Shown here in pieces: positions 13,393-28,879 of a stretch of DNA of 64,000 nucleotides; position 1 is the stretch's first letter, and each line of letters starts with the position of its first letter. The stretch is from Octopus vulgaris (Eukaryota): contig OX597831.1 in NCBI GenBank assembly GCA_951406725.2, positions 73,842,001 through 73,906,000 on the forward strand. Reading direction: 5' to 3'. Made by a program: the position numbers and the translations under genes. The notes under the pieces were generated by a model. That model searched no databases. It saw only the letters and a program-made list of their open reading frames with translations, and had not been told where the DNA came from.

Positions 13393-13826
13393 GGGCAGCA
13401 AGAGACAGAAACTGCCGAAAGGCACAGAGCGATGGCACTGAAGGCTCTTTTATTACTTTCCCTGGCAAGAAGAGTCTGTGAATTCCTCGCTTCTTTCTGA
13501 ACGCCACCGCCATTTCTCCTGCCTTCTCCGCCCCCCCCACCTTCAATGGCCCTGAGCCAAAGCAATCGGATTTGACGGAGTTTCGCTTACACCTTTTCCC
13601 CCTCTTTTTTTTCATTCTTTCAAAACACGCACACATATTTTATTTCAAAGATATACACACATACACATTGCGGATACAGCTACACATGCAAGCGTTACAC
13701 ACATGCATATAAGCACCAACGCATACACATAAGAATACGTACGTATGCGTTCACATTATATTATGCATACACATGCATACGTACACACTCATACACACAC
13801 ACACACACACACACATATACACGCAT

Positions 13827-14025
13827 CTTTTTATCTGTTATCTTTTACTTCAGTAAATGGATTGCGGCCATGCTGGGGTATTGCCTTGAAGTGTTTAGTT
13901 GAACAAATTGAACCCAGGACTTATATTTGTTACGCTTGGTGCTTATTCATTCGGACTATTTCGGAACGTAAACAAACCAACACCGGTTGTCAAGCCGTCA
14001 TGATGGAGAAACACAAACAAAAAGA
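13827..14025 (-). mobile_element. SINE family A, diverged 3' half
   Basis: ttgcggccatgctgggg...caccggttgtcaagc. Confidence 0.7.
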
Positions 14026-14071
14026 CACACACACACACACACATACCTACCTACCTACATACATACATGCA

Positions 14072-14107
<36 letters not shown>

Positions 14108-14311
14108 TACACACACTCACACATATATATATATACATATGTACATACATACATATATATATATGCACACATACATACATACATACACACATACGTACAT
14201 ACATACATACATGCATACATACATACATACATATGTACATACATACATACATACATACACACATACATACATACATACATACATACATACGTGAATACAT
14301 ACATACATACA

Positions 14312-14344
<33 letters not shown>

Positions 14345-14651
14345 CTATCTATAAATTTGAAATGAGGAGTAGATTGACAGCCGACAACTGATGAAGGGTC
14401 GTTCTTTATGTTACTTGTCCTGTTTTCCATTTTTTTCTCTCGTTGTTTGCGTATTTAACTCACTTGTTTTCGTATTTCATGTTGTCTACTGTTATATATA
14501 TATATATATATATATAGTGACGTATATTTGCCATTTGAATATGGCTAACCCCTAAGGGTGGATGCTACTGTAGTTTGTAGCCCCAGGAAGACACCTCCTC
14601 CAGCTGGCTATAGACACACTTTCTGTGCCCTATCAGTATCTGTGAAGGGAA

Positions 14652-14731
<80 letters not shown>

Positions 14732-14760
14732 ATACATGTGTATGTATATGTATATATATA

Positions 14761-14940
14761 GGGAGAGTTTACGAAAAAAACAAAAGACGAAGACAGGTGG
14801 TGTATAAAACAAACAGATATATTAGTATAACGCTCAGGAATAGAAAAAAGTCTTTTACGTTTCGAGCCTACGCTCTTCTATAGAAAGGGACACAGAAAAA
14901 ACAAGGAGCGAAACAAGGAGAGAAAAAAGGAGAGAAAAAT
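14761..14940 (-). mobile_element. Short hammerhead-bearing repeat, family H1 (Penelope pLTR-like)
   Basis: Homologous to 23741-23950, 53455-53745 and 62661-62890. Hammerhead-like fold at 14851-14888 on the minus strand (core CTATAGA). Flanked by (TA)n. Confidence 0.8.
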
Positions 14941-14967
14941 ATGTATGTATATATATATATATATATA

Positions 14968-16590
14968 ATATTAAATTAGAGATAAAACCACTATTAGGCA
15001 AATCAAACAATGAAAAACTTAAGCCAATACATAAAATTAATTAATTTATATTATTTTAAATATATATCAAAAGTATTAAAAGTTTAATAAAAGATAATGA
15101 GTAAAACACTACGATCGTTTCATGGCTGTCCAATTCGTAATAATTCGAGTTATGGTTACAGTTAATCTTCAGGTAATTGAAATATCTAAAATATAATCAG
15201 AAATATTTAAGCAATATTTTTAAGATATAAATAATATAATAATTTTACTTAAAATAAACTCTATTATCAAACTAGAAACATAGAACTTAACATTTATGAT
15301 TATATCAAAATCGACTATAATGTTAAATATCAATTTTAATTTATAAGGTAGGAAACCCACCCATAATCTAATATCGGTATTAGTCTATATCTAATTACAT
15401 AAATATTTAAAAATGACTAATATATATAAATTATCAATGAAAATATATAAATGTATATAAATATTATAATTAAGATCTAAAATAATCTCTATAAATAAAT
15501 GTATATGCACATATAATAAAAACCTAATAAATTTAATTTTTCATATTTAAAGATGAAATAGCTAATTTCAAAATACAAATAAACAAACTTAAACGAACTT
15601 TCGGAAATGTTATGTAAAATACTTTTAGAAATAATCAATTCGTAGTAATATAGTATCGAATAAATACTATAAATATAATTATCAATGGGAATAACTAGCG
15701 AATATCAATTTAAAGAAATAACTAAGTTATGCTATTAAATTAGACATGGCCTGGACCAATCTTTAGTCGAAACATATCTAAGTTTATCAAAGTGTATCTA
15801 ATTTAATTATAAATTTAAAACTACAATTAATACTATTAAAACATGTATATACAAAAGCCTAACTTAATACACCTCGTATGCTTGCTATCAAATAACAAAT
15901 CTATCGCTAAGTAGTAACTTACGAATAAACTTAAATTTAATATCTAATAATATAGAAAATTACGATAATTAGATCATTACATAAACAACGATATTTACAT
16001 AAGGAGAATATTATTACTCCAAAGACTTATACAATATTAAAATTTACAATTTGAAGATCTTAAATAAATACATATTTATCTTAGCGAGGTTTAGCAATGA
16101 ACTAAAATTTTGAATCGGAAAACGTCTTTACAGCGTTTATAAGAATACTCGTGGAATTACGTTATTAGCAACAAAAAAAAAAGAATAAATTGTTGAAGAA
16201 TTTATTACGCGTGAGGAACCTACGTTTTATTAATGATTGTGAATGGGAAAATTATTTGTTTATCATTGTAAATAGAATGAAGTCACAAATAAAGAATAAA
16301 ATCTCTCTATACTATAATATTTATTAATAAAAAAATAACTATGATAAATGAAACTTTATACAAAATAAATTAAATGATTTAAATGATTAAAAACCACTAA
16401 TTATTAAATATATTCTAAAAATCTTATAAGGTTAATAAATATATAAAAAATTATTTATATAGTAACCCCTCAACATACTATAAAGTCTTTCCCATGCCTT
16501 TATAATTATAAGCTAAAATTAGTGATCATAACCAAATCTATAAATACTTATCAAAATTTGTAGTATAACTATACATACGTATACATAAAT
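14968..16590 (-). mobile_element. Extremely AT-rich element remnant with a hammerhead motif (probable Penelope-like derivative)
   Basis: About 1.6 kb of complex AT-rich DNA between TA-rich microsatellites, with a hammerhead motif near its left end. No readable ORF. Confidence 0.5.
15103..15177 (-). ncRNA. Type-I hammerhead ribozyme motif, canonical core
   Basis: Minus strand: attac CTGAAGA t-taactgt...acagcca-t GAAAC GATC GTA gtgtt. Canonical CUGANGA and GAAA, palindromic stem III, GUA site. Stems I and II are imperfect. Confidence 0.65.
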
Positions 16591-17182
16591 ATATAAAAAA
16601 TATACATACATATACATATATATATACATATATATATACATATATATATACATATATATATACATATATATATATATACATACATATACATATACATACA
16701 CATACACATATACACATACATACACACATACATACATATACATATATACAAACATATATACACACACATACACACATACACATATGCACACTCATACATA
16801 CATGTACATACATACAATACTCAATATATACACTTACACCTATATATACACACCCACACACATACACATAAATAAATGTATATACATATACATATATATA
16901 CACACACATCATCATATACACATATATACATACACACACAACCACATATATCATATAATAAATACATATATAAATGTCTATATATATATGTCTATATATA
17001 TATATATATATATATACATACACACACACAGATGCACATATATATATAGATTATAATTGAGGGTATCTAAGATACCACCATCTCTTAGAAACCCTCAATT
17101 ATAATTTTGATAATTATTACCAATAAAGTTTTTCTTCCCATGCTGACCACTTGATATGATGTCGTTATTTCAAAATATCGGT

Positions 17183-17227
<45 letters not shown>

Positions 17228-17927
17228 ATAAGACCGATATATGTTTGGAAAGCAAGCTTCGTACCAGGCAGCCATTCCTGCGCTTATACATACTACGATG
17301 CGCATCACTCATATGTATGTATTGAAAAAGTGGTTGTTCGTGCACATACATGTTCAGATACCTGTATCCATTCACACGAATGTTTCTCTGTGCGCGTGTT
17401 TATACCTGGGCGTGTGCAATACAGTTGTATTTTCCACCTGTATTTATATCCGGATAACGGATTGCGCCACGACAATACAAATGCGACTTTGAGATTCCTC
17501 ACAATATCTCTCCCGCACACGCTCTTCATTCTCTCACACACACACATTCTCTCTTTCTTTCCTTATCTCTGCTTGTCGTTCACACACACGCACACACACA
17601 CACACACTCACGCATACAGATACACAAACACACACGCATACACACACAAACACAAACACGCATACACATACACACACAAACACACACACACACGCACACA
17701 CACACAAACACAGACACGCATACACACACACACGCATACACACACACACGCACACACGCACACACACACACACACACACACGTGCAACCTTTTCTCCGTC
17801 ACTCCATCCCTCTGTTTCTATTCATTTTTGTCATGCTCGTATGTGCTTGTACCTTTCACAGGTGTTTTCAATACAGAGGACACTTTGGAGGCAGACAGAC
17901 AGACAGGCAAGCAGGTAGACAGAATGA

Positions 17928-18130
<203 letters not shown>

Positions 18131-18752
18131 AGACAGACAGACAGACAGAGACAAAAAGAAAGATAAATAAATAGATAGGTAGATATATAGACAGGAAGAT
18201 AGATTGGTAGAGTGAGAAAGATAAAATGAGAAAAGCATGGGAGTGTGTGGAGAGAGAGTGGGAGTGTGTGAGAGAGAGAGAGAGAGAGAAAGAAGGAGAA
18301 AGAGAGAAAAAGAGAGGTAGCGATAGTAAGTGGGAAAGATAGAAATAAGAAATGGCTAGAGCGATAAATAGAAAAAAAGGCAGGTAGATAGATAGATAGA
18401 TAGATAGATAGAGAGAAAGAGAGAGGGAGTGAGAGAGAGAGAGAGAGAAAGAGAAGGAAGGACACAGAATGAGGAAGAGAGATAGAAATGGAAAAGTGGT
18501 TGAATTGAACTGAAGAGAAGACCAATGTATTGGAATGTGCATGCGTGTTTGTGTTTGTGTTTGTGTGTGTGTGTGTTTCTGTTTGCCAGTGTGTATGTAT
18601 GAGTGACTGGCACGGTGTATAGCACACACACACACACACACACGCGCGCGCGTGCGCGGTGTATGGCGTATCTGAATAGAAGAATAATTTGGTAAAGGAA
18701 TGGTTCATTGATTGGGTGACAGACAGACAAGACGAACAATATATGGCGATGC

Positions 18753-18792
<40 letters not shown>

Positions 18793-18946
18793 ATTAAACA
18801 AGTATATACATAAATATAGGTATGTCCGTTTATATATATATATACACACATATATATGTATAAATACATATATATATGTATATACTATATATATATACAT
18901 ATATATATGTTTTTATATATAATATATACATATGTGTATTTATACT

Positions 18947-19000
<54 letters not shown>

Positions 19001-19470
19001 CATTTAGAGATATAAGTATGTGTGTATATATATAATATATCTATCTATCTATCTATGGGTATATGTATAAGCAGGCACATGATGCTGGTGCCGTATATGT
19101 GTGTGTATATGCATGCGTATGTATATATATTTATGCGTGTTGTGTGTGTATGTATATATATATATAAATAAATAAATAGATAAATAAATAAATCAATATA
19201 AATATATATACCCAAACACGTATTATATACATATGTATACAGACATACATACATACATCACTACGCACACGCGCACACACATATCTATATATATATCTAT
19301 ATATCTATATCGACATCTGTTATTGTGGCGCGCCAAGTCACCAAGACAAACGTGGTGATACGGCCGTCAACTTTTCGAGTAAATTTCATCTCAACACAAT
19401 GGTTATTGCCTCACTGACTAAACGACATCCACAGCTTTACTTTATTTATGTGTATGTACTTTTGTCTGCT

Positions 19471-19512
<42 letters not shown>

Positions 19513-20519
19513 TGTGTGTGTATGTGTGTGTGTGTGTGTTCCAATATGTCTTACTACATTCTGCAGGACAGTGAATAATGGAAATTGGTGAAAAGTTAAC
19601 GAAACAAGAACACAAGAATCATTTCTCAGAAAATATTCGATTTACTTTTGGCTGGATTTCTGTTAGCTTATATACGAAAAGTGCCCCTGCATGGCCACAG
19701 CATTTGGGCTGAAACACTCAAAAGAATAGAAGAATACACACACAAACACACACACACACACGTACACAGAGTTTATTGTTTCGTTATAAGCAGGACCAAC
19801 AAAAAAGTTTTTCATCCAGTGAAAGATAAATATAATTTAATATACATCGAATTTTTAAAAGTGCTATAGAGATACAATAATTTGGTAGAATTTATAAAGC
19901 ACACTATGCGTCTCCAGGCAACCTTTCTGGTTCACTGTATATCCCCAGATCTATTTGAAAACCAGGACGCAAGTCTGTGAGAAAACATGAGACAAAAAAA
20001 GAGAAGAAAATCGAGAAGAGGTTTGATACAAAAATTTAGCCTAGAAGAAAGTAAAGAAAAGTAAGAAAACCAAGAACTGCATCCACCTTAACCTTAGATC
20101 CGAAATTTTTAGCAAATGCAAGTACATGGACAAATTCCTTTTGTCGAAATGGAAGACATGCCCCTCTCCGGATTGAGTAACTCTTACAGACTTTGGTCTC
20201 CTCACCGTTTTGTTATTCTACACCAATTAGATTAATTATGATTTTTACAACCAAAGGGGAGAGAAACCTACGCTTCCTTACTTTTCATTCTTCTCGTTTC
20301 CTTTTTTGCATTAACCCTCCTCGCGTTATCCTGATCCTTTTTCTCTCATTTTTTTCCCTCAGAGTTCATCATCCTGGTTTTCAAATAGGTCAAACGGTAG
20401 GCACTGAAACTAAATGATCGCTTGGAAACACATGGCATGTTATATAAATCTGCAAAGTTATTGTATTTCTACAGCATGAAACTATTAATAATTCTTTTTT
20501 TAAATTCTGTGTGTATTAA

Positions 20520-20640
20520 AAACTCAGCGGCATTTCGTCTGCCTCTACGTACAGAGTTCAAGTTTCGCACTGGGGTCGATGTAATCGCCATTCACCCTTC
20601 CCCAAAATGTCAGGCCTTGTGCCGATAGTAGAAAGGATTA
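20520..20640 (+). mobile_element. SINE family B-related fragment
   Basis: agcggcatttcgtctgcc...cactggggtcgatgtaatcg is shared with the reverse complement of 38197-38441. Confidence 0.6.
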
Positions 20641-20652
20641 TCATCATCATCA

Positions 20653-20710
<58 letters not shown>

Positions 20711-20726
20711 CATCGCATCATCATCA

Positions 20727-20773
<47 letters not shown>

Positions 20774-20790
20774 ATTATTATTATTATTAT

Positions 20791-21345
20791 TGAGTGAGAG
20801 AGCAGTTCATGCCATCAAAGTGACACTGGGGTAAAATATACGAAGCCCAATATACCCATCATGACTACCCGTCTGATAAAGGTACACCAGGCACATGCAT
20901 CACAACCATATGTGCGCGACATGGTGATCTCATATCAAGATAAACAGCACATGACCTTGCAGGTGGGGCCCAGTTAGAATTTTCTTCATTTTGAGTAGCC
21001 CATCCTGCTCAAACGGTCCCTGAATAAGGGTTGTTTAAGGATGTTGAAAGAACCACCCATGTTTCCAGAGGTGAATTATTCAAACCCCAAAGAATCCCTC
21101 TCAACACATGGCTATGATGCTCCCCCACTACTTCTGCTCGTGATCAGAGATGCACATATCGTCAGCCACTAAGGGACATGCTCAACTGGTTAAGGTCAAA
21201 CAACTGACAAGCAAATCTGTGGTATTGAGCAGAATATTTGCTGTAGCCCATCTTTTATACCAAGACAAAACAATGTACATGATAACACTTCCAATCAGTT
21301 AAGATCAGAAGCCATGAGAGCCACTGCCTGGTACTGCATCAGGGC

Positions 21346-21346
<1 letters not shown>
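20791..21346. mobile_element. ~555-bp non-coding insert inside an (ATT)n array
   Basis: Sharp boundaries with (ATT)n on both sides, higher GC than the flanks, no ORF. Confidence 0.55.
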
Positions 21347-21399
<53 letters not shown>

Positions 21400-21418
21400 C
21401 ATCATCACATCATCATCA

Positions 21419-21455
<37 letters not shown>

Positions 21456-21473
21456 CATCACATCATCATCATC

Positions 21474-21514
<41 letters not shown>

Positions 21515-21527
21515 CAACATCATCATC

Positions 21528-21592
<65 letters not shown>

Positions 21593-21660
21593 CATCATCA
21601 TCATCATTCTCATCATTATTATTATTATTATTATTATTATCATCATCATCATCATTCTCA

Positions 21661-21694
<34 letters not shown>

Positions 21695-21707
21695 CATCAT
21701 CATCATC

Positions 21708-21765
<58 letters not shown>
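21347..21765. repeat. Compound (ATT)n/(CAT)n microsatellite
   Basis: Direct reading. Confidence 0.95.
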
Positions 21766-21766
<1 letters not shown>

Positions 21767-22669
21767 CTAACGATATTGGAACTCTATACTTTGTAAGTTT
21801 TCTCACCTTCAGTATTCTTAGCGTGTTTCATATAATGGCTAATATCAATTCTTTCACACACAGACACATGCACACACACACACATACACACACATATATA
21901 AATATATGTATATGCATGTGTGTGTGTATATGTGTGTGTGTGTGAGTATACACCTATGTATATATATTATACAATATATAATACATATATATTTATATAA
22001 ATACATATATTCATACTTTTATATCTACTTATGCACACACACACACACAGAGGTAGATATATACATTACATCATATTTTACACACACACATCACACACAT
22101 ACACACGCATATATACATACTTATATTTGGATGCATACATATGTATACACATACAAACATACATGCATATGCGTGCACGAGTGTTTGTACGGATGAGTAT
22201 GTGTGTGCGATTGTGAGTGTGTGATTATAATATAAGGAACAGAAAAAAAACAAAAAAAAACATGGATTAGCAAAATGTGAAATGACGGAAATTGTCGAAA
22301 ATATCCGATTTTTCGTAGCTGTTGCAACCCTAGAGAATATGAACGAATGTGATTAAGAGGAAGCGTGTTGCAGCATCGATTATCTAAAATAATGGTAAAG
22401 GAAGAACGGAAGGATTCCAAGCAAAAAAAAAAAAAAAAAGAAAGAAAGAAAAAAAAGATGAAACAGAAACGGTTCTTAGATTCGATCCTCCGTTGTTTTA
22501 TCCGCAACTTCTGTAGAATTGCTGAAATGGTAGGAGGTCCACTTTGTAGTTTAGCAAAAATGAAAAGAGAAAAAAAGTTTAAATAAACAAAAATAAATTT
22601 CAAGATAAAATACAACCGCGAAGGTTTCCTGGTTTCTTCAGTCAACACACACAAATACATATACACTCA

Positions 22670-22970
22670 ACTGGCTCTCCGTCGGTTGCGACGAAGAGTG
22701 CACCAGTTTTTCCGATCATCGAACCAACCTGCTCGTGAAATTAATGTGCAAGTGGCTGAGCACTCCACACTGAGCATACCCCTAACATGGTTCTCTGGGA
22801 GATTCAGCGAGAATGTGACGAGGCTGGCCCTTTCAAATACAGGTACCACTTATTTTTGCGAGCTTGGCGGCCTGGGGTGGTGTGAAATAAAGAGTCTTGC
22901 TCAAGGACACAACGCGACATTTGGGATTGAACTTAAGATTGTGAGCCGAAAACCCTAACGTCCAAACCAC
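22670..22970 (-). mobile_element. SINE family D-related, diverged
   Basis: cctgctcgtgaaattaatgtgcaagtggctgagcactccaca is shared with 57980-58025. Confidence 0.7.
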
Positions 22971-22974
22971 ACAC

Positions 22975-23032
<58 letters not shown>

Positions 23033-23214
23033 ACACACACATACACACATATATGTATATCGTTATTCAGTTTTATTTCAAGATTTCTTACCAATAATGA
23101 ATCGGTTTCTAACCTAAATCCAAAGCTCTTTCATTGGAATTTCAACATCAACAGGGTATTTTTGCATGTATGTATGTCTTGTCTTATACACACATACACA
23201 CATGCACACATGCA

Positions 23215-23621
<407 letters not shown>

Positions 23622-23679
23622 GTTTTCGTTTCAGCACACGATCTCAGATCAAATTACTTGCTATGCGAGTACATCTCCG

Positions 23680-23740
<61 letters not shown>

Positions 23741-23743
<3 letters not shown>

Positions 23744-23948
23744 CGCTATGATAGACCGTTAGCTACACGCTTTTTTTCTCTCCTTGTTTCTCTCTTTGTT
23801 TCTTTTCTGCGTATATTTCTGTCGAAGAGCGTACGCTCGAAATGTAAAAGACTTGTTCTATTTCTATTCCTGAGCGCCATACTAATACATTTGTTTGTTT
23901 GTACTCCACCTGCCTTCGTCTTTTGTTTATTTTCGTAAACCTTCCCGT

Positions 23949-23950
<2 letters not shown>
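23741..23950 (+). mobile_element. Hammerhead-bearing repeat, family H1
   Basis: CTGTCGA A GAGC GTAC GCTC GAAA TG TA AAAGA at 23819-23851. (TA)n on both sides. Confidence 0.85.
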
Positions 23951-24037
<87 letters not shown>

Positions 24038-24516
24038 GCATTTATATAATGTTGCAGATTTTTGTTATTTTCGGAATAACATAACCCTTAGCCATAGTAA
24101 AAATAAAAACCCACGGTGCACAGAAGTAGAATATTGCACATAAAACAACCTAAGTTTTCTCTGTATTAAATTGGTTCTTTAAAAAAAATACTCAATGACA
24201 TCATTGTATATATATAACTGAGGACAATACTCTACTTGTACAAAAATTGAAACCGCAAACCACTTGTCTAAATGAAAATTTTGGTGTAAACATCATTCAT
24301 TAGAAAAGTTTTATGGAAAAATTTAAGTGCGAATGACTGTTCCATTGTTATACAAAATTTCTGATACACTTTTATCTCGTAAAAAGAAAAAAAAAAAAGA
24401 AAAGAATAACCTGCTGCTTTCATTGATTTCGTTTTCTTTCCTGTAAAATGTAGTAACTTTGACAGTAACATACACACACACACACACACACATATATACA
24501 CACACACACATATATA

Positions 24517-24630
<114 letters not shown>

Positions 24631-25220
24631 GTTTGACAATGATGTACAAATAATCAAAGAAGTTTACTCACGGAGAGAAGCAAATCTATATTTGTGATAT
24701 TCAGCAGATTTTTGTATAATGTTATCTATATGTAGGTTTACATATTTAAGCCTCGCTTCTGTTGTAATCAAGGTAGGATACTTGTTGCGTTGAAAGCTCC
24801 TGTTCGGATAGAAACACGTGTCTGCCCATCTGCCCGTTTGTCTCCAAACGACCAGACTGTGGTTTTTTGCCTGACGGCATGTCAATTATGGAGAATGCTT
24901 CAGCTTAAGATTATCTCTCCTTCTTATTTGGTGTTGGTCACAATTATCACACAGTATGTGTCTTCTCACCTCTCGAAGATGATTTCGATAAATTAAGAAT
25001 TTATCATGGGTAGCATTTAATATGTCTTCGTTTTACTCTCTCTCTCTCTCACTGTCCCCCTGTGTACACACACACACACACACACACACTCTCACACACA
25101 TGTATAATAGGTAAACATTTATGGATAGACGCCTCGTTATTTATTATCTAGTCATGTATACATTTACGCATGTATGTCTCTGTGTGTGCGTATATATATT
25201 TACTATGCATACATACATAC

Positions 25221-25268
<48 letters not shown>

Positions 25269-25869
25269 TATGATATGAATTTTAGATATCGTGTGGCTAT
25301 CACAGTAAGCTTCCCGTACGGACTCGGCTATCTGTCCACATAATAATTTAATGTGATGTAATGTTAAGTGTTCATGCAGCAGAAAATCTAGAAGGTCCGA
25401 ACGATAAAATTATTCTGTGAGGAGTATGTAAAACCATAAAGTCAGGAAGTATGAGAGATAAACATAGCTTTACTTAACCACATGACTTCGATAAGGTTAC
25501 GGCCGTTTCACGACCTCCTTCATGTAATATTAATTTCTGTATACAAAAAATTATGAGTACATGTTTGCATTAATATTTGTGATTGGCAGTTGTATATTCA
25601 CAAATTATTGCAAATAAAGAAAGTTCATCAGAACATCACAGCAATACCAACTATTCAACTCTGTTTATACACACAGCATTCGCTCTTTATATATACAATG
25701 TATGGAACGCCAGAACTGGACAAAAGTACAATGATTTGGTCTGTAAAAGTAAACATCTATTATTATTGCCTAACACTATAGATATGATCAAATAGTTTGT
25801 AAATATCAATGATAAAGCAGACGTTAAGTTTCTGCAGTTTAATGTTAATAACTATTACTTTTCCAAATC

Positions 25870-26330
25870 TATTTAACAAAATAGATGTAGACATTAATTT
25901 AGCAGAAAAGAGGTCTATTATTGAATTTAATGATAAACCCTGAACTAGAAAGAATAGGCAAAATAATTTCGGTATTATCATGGAATCTAATGACTCAGAA
26001 TTACAGATATACTTATGATATTGTATTAAGGATGAATTGCAGAACCTAGAAGGCGGTCTTTATGGGGACGATGTTTTGCTCGTAAAACTAAATTCTAGTA
26101 ATACAAGCAATGACAGAACTAAGAGAAAAAAAAAATCAAAACAAAACTTTAAAAAATTAGCTTTGTTTATTTCTTTTAACAACAACTGTAAAATAGTTAG
26201 CTTCCAATATGTTATTTTAGATCTTAGTATAGATCTTTTCAAGCCATTCTATAAGCTACATCAACGTCTAACTTATGTTAATCGCCTTTCGAATCATCCA
26301 AGAGCAATGATACTTTCTTAAGTAAATGAT
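25870..26330 (+). pseudogene. Decayed Penelope-like element reverse transcriptase fragment
   Basis: GGLYGDDVLL (cf. GLYRDD), VSFQYVILDL..FKPFYK (cf. FLDVTLDL..YKPY.K) and LTYVNRLSNHP (cf. Y(I/V)N..SNHP) occur in the order typical of PLE RTs. Confidence 0.7.
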
Positions 26331-27468
26331 GTATCTTCTTCGTCTTAATGCTCCCTACATATCTAGACATATTCAACCAAAACGTTAGCTACTACAATGA
26401 ACCTCCCTAACAGTTATGATATTCCTACCACTACTTACTACGAGAGACTATCTAATGGACGTCCTATTTTGAGCAATACTAATTCTATCCCTTATAGCAT
26501 TAGTAAAATAGTATGAAAGTTAAGATCATAGACACTAAGTAAACGTCCTTAGCAGGATTGAAAAGCCAGATCTGTGTTGCTCTTGTTTACGAGAACCAAG
26601 CAACGGCGTTGCTCCACTTGGAATTGCAGCCATCATACGAACATTTATTTAAACATATCCACCGACAATTCATATACGCAGCGTAATAGATCAAACTCAT
26701 TATATACATTCACGTAATTTTAACTTGGAAATATATAATATATCCACCAGCATTAACAATGTAATGAATAAATTGACAGAAACATGTATAAATTCATGTC
26801 TACACGTCCTAATATCGATAAAGTTCTGTCTATCGGCTGCTGCTCTGCAAATATTGCCCGTATGCAGTTTACATATCAATAATTTAAAGAATATTTTAAT
26901 CTTTGTCTCAGTAAGACAGCAATATCTAGTGTATTACCATCATTGTTTTTAATGTGATAAAATCTAAATATGGTTTTCTCTCTTTCTTATAGACATCTAT
27001 ACATTATGGTTATAACACAAACAAACACACATGTCAATATATGTATGTATGTATGTATATATATATATATGTATATATTATGCATTTAATTGATGGGAAA
27101 ATGGTGAATTACACTCAGCGTCGTTCATATCCTGCTGAATATAAATGACGTATTTGTAGAGAGAATTTTATATGTGTATTTATGGATGTGTTTATATGTA
27201 TATGTGTGTGTGTGTGTGTAAATACGTACGTATGTATATATATATATATATATATCATATACATCTGTTAATATGCAACCACACACACACGCGTGCACGC
27301 ATAAAAGCATGTATATATACGGGTGTGTGTGTAGACACATTGTCTGGTGTTATCTTTTCTATTGCCGAAATAATTAATATTATATTGGTTTCTTCACACC
27401 GCATATTAATTTCCAGTTAGCTTTTCACTGCACACTGCATTAAATATACTAACACACACACACACACA

Positions 27469-27514
<46 letters not shown>

Positions 27515-27515
27515 G

Positions 27516-27557
<42 letters not shown>

Positions 27558-27924
27558 CATACATACATACATATATATTCACAAAGAGAGAGAGAGAGAG
27601 ATATTGAGTGAGTGAGAGACAGTGGGAGAGAGATGTAGTTCGGTAGAAAGACGTAGTTATCGCTATAAAACAGTTAAATGCCTGCAATGGCGTAGAAAAA
27701 GTTCGCTGTATCCGGAGTGTGCAATATTTGCGTTACGGACATTTTGACAAATGGAAGGACGAGTTCGGTGGCATGATATATGGGTGTTTGTTTTATGTCT
27801 TGGAGTATATTAGAGCTGGAATTTACTACTGCATGGATAACAATACACCCCTACCCACGCATACATATAAAGACATGATCATATACAAAAAACACACATG
27901 CGCATCCATCCATCCATCCATATT

Positions 27925-28045
<121 letters not shown>

Positions 28046-28088
28046 ACACGTAGACATGCACACGTATATATTTATGTATGCGTGTATA

Positions 28089-28122
<34 letters not shown>

Positions 28123-28777
28123 GGTATATAAACACCCACCACTCGCATATACGCCATCATGTGTACAAACTGAAGAGAATGGCATACAATAGCTATATCT
28201 ATTGGCAAACCGTCAGTGAATTCACTCCATCGTTACTCAGAGTTTTAGACTGTTCTACTCACCTTGGTATGCGGATTGAGACACTTCGAACGATATTCTG
28301 TGAGAAGATATTAAGTGCACGTTTGTACTTGTAAGATTGGTTTTCTTTGGTTAATGTTAGTCTCAGTATTTCACTTGTTGCGACCTGTGAATTCATTGTC
28401 TGTGAATTGCTGTATACCACAAGTGAGCATGTGTGTCGGGGGCGGAGGAAGAGAATGTGATGTTGTTCCTTTCAAAGAAAAAAATTTAGAAGAGTCTTTT
28501 CATGAGCAATTTTCATGGGATGTGTTGTTCATGCATCCGGGAGTTAGATATTACTAACTGGTGGCAGTGAGATATTACTTCTGATCTACGGTGAAAGAAG
28601 TCTGTTCTACCTTTCTGGAACTGAAAGGTTTTGGTCAAAAGGCGGTGATCCAGCAAGGTTGCAGTCAAACTGACTGAAACAAGTAAAAGAATAAAAGAAT
28701 TAGCGACTGTCATACTACAGCGGTGGGGAAAAATCAGTCCATGCTCTTTAAGTTATTTGATACACACACACACTCAT

Positions 28778-28879
<102 letters not shown>

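Noticed and set aside
14383-14420. Complete hammerhead at gacaaCTGATGA...ttgtc
   Set aside because: Stem I and the 5' core are present but GAAA is missing.
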